A stretch of DNA of 64,000 nt from a virus. The DNA is taken from the IMG/VR virus record IMGVR_UViG_3300046168_000058, positions 4,375 through 68,374 of that record; one strand, written 5' to 3'. The translations under genes and the position numbers were made by a program. A model generated the notes under the pieces. That model was not told the DNA's origin. It was given only the letters and a program-made list of their open reading frames with translations, and searched no databases. Of this stretch, positions 58,077-64,000 are shown piece after piece (the first letter of the stretch is position 1; each line of letters begins with the position of its first letter).

Positions 58077-58248
58077 TTTTGGAAAAACTTTTACGGTTGA
58101 GCTGGAGCAGGACTCTAGTCTCGATACCTGTTTAGATGCAATCAAGGGATTGCTTGTGTCCGTAGGTTTTCACCCTACGACAGTAGATTGGCATATTAAA
58201 ACGGATACATGGAATCTCGAGCAGAGTCCATTTGGCGACGATGAGTAG
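58054..58248 (+). CDS. hypothetical protein
   Basis: 64-aa coupled ORF. Confidence 0.5.
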   Translation: MMKISLSNFGKTFTVELEQDSSLDTCLDAIKGLLVSVGFHPTTVDWHIKTDTWNLEQSPFGDDE

Positions 58249-58513
58249 TCCTGAACAACATCATGCGCTTGGGCCGAGCACATTAAAGTATGTAGAAATT
58301 TGCCCATCGTATCGCTCCTCCAACGAGACCAACATCTTTGCGGAGGAGGGTACGCTTTTACATTCAGCAGCTGAGACTGGCGATCTCACCGAGCTTAACG
58401 AGGAGCAGTTACGACATGTCGTATCGTGTTTAGATTATTTAAAACCTTTGGAAGATCAGGCGGATCAAGTTTTCAAAGAGTTGCGTGTGGAGATTGGATA
58501 TGGATCAGATTAA
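58241..58513 (+). CDS. Cas4-like/DUF2800 PD-(D/E)XK exonuclease, N-terminal half
   Basis: HHALGPSTL....ICPSY...AEEGTLLH..AE...KELRV. Confidence 0.8.
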   Translation: MSSPEQHHALGPSTLKYVEICPSYRSSNETNIFAEEGTLLHSAAETGDLTELNEEQLRHVVSCLDYLKPLEDQADQVFKELRVEIGYGSD

Positions 58514-58730
58514 AGAAGGAAAGATTCGACAAAGTACCGAGGCCCCTCTTTGGCACGAGCTTCAACTGCTCGGCTCTGGAGATAAGGTTGTCGGAAGAAG
58601 TGTCATCAGGCGGGGTGACTCAATTTATGTGGAGACTAACTTCGAGCAGGTTCCTATCTATGCGTTCAAAATGAACGGGAATCTCATGAATTTTCTTCGC
58701 GAGCATAGGAGTGTGTGGGATGGAGAGTAG
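58500..58730 (+). CDS. 76-aa ORF lying between the two exonuclease halves
   Basis: Overlaps the end of the N-half and the start of the C-half. Confidence 0.55.
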   Translation: MDQIKEGKIRQSTEAPLWHELQLLGSGDKVVGRSVIRRGDSIYVETNFEQVPIYAFKMNGNLMNFLREHRSVWDGE

Positions 58731-59565
58731 TATATTTGGAACAGTAGATCGGGTCGTCATAAGAGGAACTCATGTCGATGTAGTAGATTTTAAATTTGGT
58801 CGCGGTGAGATCGATGATGCGGAAATTAATATTCAGGGTCAGGCATATTTGCTTGGCGTAATGGATAAGTTTCCAGAGCTCGAGACCGCTACCGTTCATT
58901 TTATCATTCCAAGAAGGGATGAGGTTTTTACTGCTGATTTCACTCGTGCTGACATGGAGGGGATCCGTCTTCGCATCGGTCTTATTGTTGGTAAGGCTAT
59001 GCTTTCTGATGCGGAGCGGATCCCCAATACCGAGGGCTGTAAATACTGTAAGCACAAGCTATCCTGCCCTGCCCTGAATGATAAGATGCTACCTCTTGCT
59101 AAGAAGTATGCGAAGACTGTAGATGATTTTGAATTAAATCTTTGGGGCAGCTACTCCCCTGCTGAGATCGAGGATCCTGAGGTTCTTGGTAAGATGCTTA
59201 ATGTAGCCAGCGTGGTAGACAAGTGGGCAGAGGCTGCCAAGAAACAGGCGACAAAGCTTGCAACAGATGAAGGTCTGGAGATACCCGGATACGATCTGCA
59301 TTTCAGAACAGCAACTGCAAAGATTGATGATAGTCAGGCTGCTTTCGATGCGGTGGAGCATTTGCTAAGTGCGGAAGAATTTATGAATGCGTGTAATGTT
59401 ACCCCCTCTGCATTGGGTAAAGCGTATTCTGAAAAACTTCCACGGGGTGAGAAGAAGGACGCCAGGGCTAAGATCGACAATGCCCTTGAGGATGCAGGAG
59501 TAATCCTGTCCGAAGAAGAACGGAGTTTGACTCCTTATCTTAGGAAATCAAAAAATTTATCTTGA
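58720..59565 (+). CDS. Cas4-like/DUF2800 exonuclease, C-terminal half
   Basis: FGTVD...VVDFKFG...NIQGQAY...CKYCKHKLSC; AGGAG upstream of the ATG. Confidence 0.85.
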   Translation: MESSIFGTVDRVVIRGTHVDVVDFKFGRGEIDDAEINIQGQAYLLGVMDKFPELETATVHFIIPRRDEVFTADFTRADMEGIRLRIGLIVGKAMLSDAERIPNTEGCKYCKHKLSCPALNDKMLPLAKKYAKTVDDFELNLWGSYSPAEIEDPEVLGKMLNVASVVDKWAEAAKKQATKLATDEGLEIPGYDLHFRTATAKIDDSQAAFDAVEHLLSAEEFMNACNVTPSALGKAYSEKLPRGEKKDARAKIDNALEDAGVILSEEERSLTPYLRKSKNLS

Positions 59566-59623
59566 GTGTATAACATTTGTTAACGCTCGCAAAACAATAA
59601 CCAATAGACAGGAAGGATACAAG

Positions 59624-60346
59624 ATGGCTAAATCATCATTATCAGAGTCAAAGACAGACGAAACGGCAGTAGTAGAAGCTACTGGAGATATCATAGAAGG
59701 ATCACCAACATCGGGGGCATTGGCGGTGTCCGGCGCGGGTGTAATCGGAGACATCGATGCAAGCGACATCGAATTTCCTAAGCTAGCAATAGCTCAGGGA
59801 GTTGGACCGCTTAGCGATAACTTCAAGAAAGGAGCAATCGTTCTTGATGCCGAGCACGAAATCAGCGACGGGACAACACCAGTCGAGTTCACCGTTCTAA
59901 GGATCGGTAAATTCTTCGAGGAGAATATTCCCTTCGGATCTGGAGAAATCCCAAGAATCGTAACGCCGGCAGAGCAGAAGAAGATCGGGGGGACGACACA
60001 GGGTCACCGTGATGGTGAGAACTGGGTTCAGCCCGATTGGAAACCATTGGCTGACGCCTTGGTCTGCATTAAGGGTGATAACGAGGATGTGTTCCCGTAT
60101 AACTTCGGCAAGGATCATTATGCCATCGCTATGTGGCGAATCCGTAAGACCGCCTACGAAGGCGGGGCTAAACCGATTCTCACGGCAGCGGGCACCTACT
60201 ACAGAAACGGGCTTCGCAACGGCTCATTTCTCCTGACCACTCAGAAGAGAGTGTTTAGTGGAAATGCTGTCCACGGACCAAAAGTTGTTCGCGGTAAGAA
60301 GCACGACGAGAAATTCGTTAACTGGTTAGCATCAGAATTTTGCTAA
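59624..60346 (+). CDS. putative ssDNA-binding/annealing protein
   Basis: Lies between exonuclease and polymerase; IDASDIEFPKLAIAQ..G motif. Confidence 0.5.
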   Translation: MAKSSLSESKTDETAVVEATGDIIEGSPTSGALAVSGAGVIGDIDASDIEFPKLAIAQGVGPLSDNFKKGAIVLDAEHEISDGTTPVEFTVLRIGKFFEENIPFGSGEIPRIVTPAEQKKIGGTTQGHRDGENWVQPDWKPLADALVCIKGDNEDVFPYNFGKDHYAIAMWRIRKTAYEGGAKPILTAAGTYYRNGLRNGSFLLTTQKRVFSGNAVHGPKVVRGKKHDEKFVNWLASEFC

Positions 60347-60357
60347 TCTCATAATTA

Positions 60358-60430
60358 GCGTGGTGTGTAGCGCCGAGGGTTTAGTGACTTTTTCCCTCGG
60401 CGCTCGATCGCCACGCCCAACCACACACCA
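60358..60430 (+). promoter_or_regulatory. long hairpin plus AACCACACACCA leader upstream of DNA polymerase
   Basis: GCGTGG..AGCGCCGAGGG / CCCTCGGCGCT..CCACGC stem; motif at 60419-60430. Confidence 0.65.
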
Positions 60431-60439
60431 CCACAATTC

Positions 60440-62332
60440 ATGAAATATATAGCATTAGATTTTGAGACCTTCTATTCGAAGGACTACTCAATTGTAGGTC
60501 AGAGTACCTACCAATATGTCAATCACCCCGAGTTCGACGCCTATCTTGTTTCTTTATGGAACCCTGAGATCAGCTATGTTGGACAGACTAAAGAGTACCC
60601 CGATTGGAAGAAGTTAGACGGGTACACCTTTATCGCCCACAACGCGTCTTTTGACCAACGCTGTTTCGAAAAATGCGTTGAGCTTGGCATCATCCCCGAC
60701 ATTAAAGTCGAGTGGATCTGTACAGCCGACATGTGCGTGTACTTTCAGTATCAGAGAAATCTGAAGGGAGCCGCCAAAGCTATCCTCAACGCCGACATGG
60801 ATAAGGAAGTTCGTGAAAACATGAAGGGTAAAACCTGGGATGACATGATCGCCATGGATGAATCCAAAGCTGTTCTTCAGTACGCGTTGGACGATTCGAA
60901 ATATACTTATCAGATATTTGAGGAGCTCTACGACCAATGGCCTGAGACCGAACGCCAATTATCTAAGATGACGCGGCAGATGGCATGGGACGGCATTCCT
61001 GTGGACTACGATAAACTAATGGAGGGTATCAATACTTTGGAGGAACAGTTGTTCGAGGTGAAGAAAAACCTACCTTGGTACGATCAGATCGATCCGGACA
61101 CTAAGAAGAAGTATGTAGAATACTCTAAAAAGGCGATGGCATTGGAGTGCCGTAAAGCTGGAGTTGAGCCTCCCAAATCCATGGCCAAGGATAGCCCTGA
61201 GCTAGCGGAATGGATTAAAGAGCATGGGGACAAACTTAAGTTCGTCTCAGCCATGCAGAATCATAACAGGCTGAACATGCATCTAACCCGTATGAGAAGC
61301 GTTAAGAACAGGCTGACCGACGATAATAGAATGTCCTACAATCTAAAATATTTCGGAGCGGATGCTACCGGAAGATGGTCAGGCGACGCCGGTTTTAATG
61401 TCCAAAATTTACCTCGCGAGACCCGTTATGGCGTCAACATCCGTAACATGTTTTCTGCACCTGAGGGCAAGACCTTTGTCGTTGCTGACCTTTCGCAGAT
61501 CGAGCCTAGACTTACAGCATTTATCGCGGGTGATGAGGACTTCCTGAAATTAATCAAGCAAGGTATGAGTCCGTATGAAGCTCATGCTCGGCAGACCATG
61601 GGATGGACAGGAGGTAAACTCAAGGATGAGGATCCCGAGCTATACCTGCTGGCTAAGGTTCGTGTGCTTCAGCTTGGTTACGGCAGTGGATGGTTTAAGT
61701 TTGCGGAGACTGTAGCTCAGTACGGGCAACAGCAGATTCTAGACATGGGATTTTCTCGTAAGGATGAGATTCGCTTTGAGGAATTCGCTAACACTTACCA
61801 ACCCGGCAAAGGATCAATATACCCTACCCTATCTGAAAAAGAGAGAAGGCAGTGGGTTAATGCGTATATCCAGGTCTCAGACTTTCGTGACAAGAACCCA
61901 AAGATAACAGCGATGTGGAAGAAGCTCGACAGGGAGTACAAGATGGCAGCGGCTGAGGGTGACGATTTCTCTTTTGAGATTCCTAGCGGCAGAACCTTAC
62001 ATTATTTCTCATGTCAACATCAGCACGATGGGGTGACATGTAAAACTCAGAAAGGAGCATTGCGTAGAGTTTACCAATACGGAGCAAACCTTTTCCAGAA
62101 TGCAGTTCAGGCGACAGCCCGTGACTGTTTTGGGTTCATCATGACCAATCTTGAAAAGGCTGGAAAGAAGATCGTCCTTCATGTCCACGATGAAGTGGTC
62201 GTTGAAGTAGATGAAGACATGGCACTGCACGCAAAGGCTGACATTCAGGAGATCATGAAGCAGGGGCCAGAGTGGATGAAGGATGTCCCGCTCGACAGTG
62301 AAGCAATCATAACCAAGGAGTACACGAAATGA
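60440..62332 (+). CDS. polA: family A DNA polymerase with 3'-5' exonuclease
   Basis: ALDFET, AHNASFD, YALDD, TGRWSG, NVQNLPR, ADLSQIE, K...L..GYG, VHDE. Confidence 0.93.
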   Translation: MKYIALDFETFYSKDYSIVGQSTYQYVNHPEFDAYLVSLWNPEISYVGQTKEYPDWKKLDGYTFIAHNASFDQRCFEKCVELGIIPDIKVEWICTADMCVYFQYQRNLKGAAKAILNADMDKEVRENMKGKTWDDMIAMDESKAVLQYALDDSKYTYQIFEELYDQWPETERQLSKMTRQMAWDGIPVDYDKLMEGINTLEEQLFEVKKNLPWYDQIDPDTKKKYVEYSKKAMALECRKAGVEPPKSMAKDSPELAEWIKEHGDKLKFVSAMQNHNRLNMHLTRMRSVKNRLTDDNRMSYNLKYFGADATGRWSGDAGFNVQNLPRETRYGVNIRNMFSAPEGKTFVVADLSQIEPRLTAFIAGDEDFLKLIKQGMSPYEAHARQTMGWTGGKLKDEDPELYLLAKVRVLQLGYGSGWFKFAETVAQYGQQQILDMGFSRKDEIRFEEFANTYQPGKGSIYPTLSEKERRQWVNAYIQVSDFRDKNPKITAMWKKLDREYKMAAAEGDDFSFEIPSGRTLHYFSCQHQHDGVTCKTQKGALRRVYQYGANLFQNAVQATARDCFGFIMTNLEKAGKKIVLHVHDEVVVEVDEDMALHAKADIQEIMKQGPEWMKDVPLDSEAIITKEYTK

Positions 62333-62880
62333 TAATTGGATTAGCTGGTGGAAAAGGTTGCGGTAAGAGCACCGTAGCGAAAATAATTAACAAGTTGCAT
62401 GGTTATGAGATAATCTCATTTGCCACTCCAATTAAGCAAATGCTTCGTGTTCTGGGGCTTGGTGATGCGGAATTGAACGATCCTGCATTTAAGGAGATTC
62501 CTCTTGATGAGTACGGGAAAAGTCCAAGACAGCTCTGCCAGTCGCTTGGCACAGAGTGGGGCAGAATGTTAGTCTCTGGAGATGTATGGATCCAAGCGCT
62601 TCGCAAGCAACTCAAACCGAAAACTAATTATGTCATCGACGATGTTCGATTCGATAACGAGGCACGGTTTGTTGGGGAGCGTGGATCGGTGATTCATGTT
62701 GAGCGGGAGAGAGACATAGACGGAGATACCCATATTTCAGAAGCGGGTATCAGCGATGATTTAATTGATGGAAAAATAAGAAACATATCGTGCTACGAGA
62801 CCGATCTAGAATTGGAAGTAGCCCGACAAATGGAGGAAATAATATATTATGGATTTGTTCACGATTCCAAATCTAAGTAG
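62329..62880 (+). CDS. deoxynucleoside monophosphate kinase
   Basis: IIGLAGGKGCGKST, SFATPIK, PRQLCQSLGTEWGR, VIDDVRFDNEA, HISE. Confidence 0.88.
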   Translation: MIIGLAGGKGCGKSTVAKIINKLHGYEIISFATPIKQMLRVLGLGDAELNDPAFKEIPLDEYGKSPRQLCQSLGTEWGRMLVSGDVWIQALRKQLKPKTNYVIDDVRFDNEARFVGERGSVIHVERERDIDGDTHISEAGISDDLIDGKIRNISCYETDLELEVARQMEEIIYYGFVHDSKSK

Positions 62881-64000
62881 TACGCAGATATTCAAAAGGA
62901 AACCGTGGGAGCTGGAGTTTGAGCTTCCAGAGTTTAAGAACACAGCAGCTTTTAAAAGCTGGTGTAAACTACCGGGGACAAAATACTGTGCTTATTCAAC
63001 CGCAGAGGGTGTGGATCCTAATCAGCGGATATCTAATCAGAACCCAATGCATAACCTGCATGGCGTCTGTGCGGATTGGGATGCAACTTTTACTGACGAG
63101 CAGTATGAAGATATTGTCCGCCGCCTTATTGATTTAGAATACCCTGTTAATTACATCAGCAGGAGCTACTCGGGAGGGATACACGCTGTTTGGTTGTTTG
63201 AGGACAAGATTTGCTTACACTCTCCCAAGAATACTACTCGATTCCTTAAGAGGGTTGCTGGTGAGTTGAAGCTTACAGGCAGAGATGCTGTTGCCCGAGG
63301 ATTCGACGAGCCTAATTTTACAAAGCAGCATTACCTGCTTCAGGGTCACGATTGGAGACCTGTCAGCCCTAAATCTCAAATCGATTTAAAGCTTCTCCAT
63401 TACTGGCAGTATGAGGAATCTCGCTCATCAGATTTTGATGGAGTGGATGCAAACATCCCCCTGGACACTGTTTTTGAGGAGGTCAAAAGATTATTCCCTA
63501 ATAATAAATGGCCTGGAGAATTTAAGGACGGTGTTCGAGGACCGACATTCTGGGATCCAGGCGGGAACCATAAATCTGTAGACTCAGCTATTGTCAGAGA
63601 GACCGGCATGCAAGTGTTCAACATGCCTAAAGCTTTCTACTCATGGAGGGAGATACTTGGAACTGGTTTTGTCAGGGACTTCGAAGTTGGACGGATCGGT
63701 GAGGCTATTAAGAATTATTGGTTCGACGGCAGAAATTACTTCATAGAAGACGGTAAAGGCGGTTACACGGTTAACAGCAAGGAAGACACCTTATTGGACC
63801 TGCAATGCCGCTATAGCCTCTCAGCTCGACCCGGAAGGCATGAGAATGTCTCCGAAGCCCGTCGCGCCATTCATATGGTAAATACGACCAAAAGAGTAGA
63901 TGCAGGTATCCCCTTTTGTTTCACAAAGGCGAGAATTGTAAATCATGAGAACGGATTGTACTTCAACACCGCAAAGATTAGACCCCTGGCACCAAGTAAT
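62849..64000 (+). CDS. AEP-type primase(-helicase), partial
   Basis: Not in ORF track; ATG at 62849 (MDLFTIPNL...) appears open to the window end; GVCADWD and SRSYSGGIHAVW motifs. Confidence 0.7.
   Translation, partial: MDLFTIPNLSSTQIFKRKPWELEFELPEFKNTAAFKSWCKLPGTKYCAYSTAEGVDPNQRISNQNPMHNLHGVCADWDATFTDEQYEDIVRRLIDLEYPVNYISRSYSGGIHAVWLFEDKICLHSPKNTTRFLKRVAGELKLTGRDAVARGFDEPNFTKQHYLLQGHDWRPVSPKSQIDLKLLHYWQYEESRSSDFDGVDANIPLDTVFEEVKRLFPNNKWPGEFKDGVRGPTFWDPGGNHKSVDSAIVRETGMQVFNMPKAFYSWREILGTGFVRDFEVGRIGEAIKNYWFDGRNYFIEDGKGGYTVNSKEDTLLDLQCRYSLSARPGRHENVSEARRAIHMVNTTKRVDAGIPFCFTKARIVNHENGLYFNTAKIRPLAPSN

Noticed and set aside
1-64000. CRISPR array, tRNA/rRNA genes, integrase, stop-codon reassignment
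   Set aside because: No regularly spaced repeat-spacer array, cloverleaf or recombinase motif was seen by eye, and long genes are intact in the standard code.

Overview
A 64-kb slice of a large dsDNA tailed phage genome, probably podovirus-like with an N4-gp56-type capsid. It has three blocks. (1) 1-42.8 kb, minus strand: morphogenesis, with terminase small and large subunits, small basic proteins, a 3879-aa polyvalent/ejection protein, portal, tail fibres, holin-like proteins, scaffold, major capsid, adaptor and nozzle-like proteins. (2) 43.3-51.4 kb, minus strand: a compositionally distinct putative early island (rIIB/rIIA-like, two HhH DNA glycosylases, GP88-like, DUF932-like) with a ~60-bp repeat at both transcription-unit heads. 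(3) 51.6-64 kb, mostly plus strand: HNH, an ori-like region, a divergent RHH regulator pair, RuvC, sigma-70 fragments, SF2 helicase, a split Cas4-like exonuclease, family A DNA polymerase, dNMP kinase and a primase running off the end. The most notable signals are as follows. (a) A candidate ~75-nt trans-acting sRNA (51468-51542) is antisense to an AACCACACACCA leader motif shared by at least six early/middle genes. (b) Two stand-alone FN3 proteins appear to lack strand A and each lies next to proteins carrying tandem FN3-A-strand-like repeats, suggesting donor-strand assembly. (c) A CAACCGRTTG late-promoter box sits exactly 42 nt upstream of five start codons, implying leaderless mRNAs. All product calls come from motif recognition by eye; no database searches were run.
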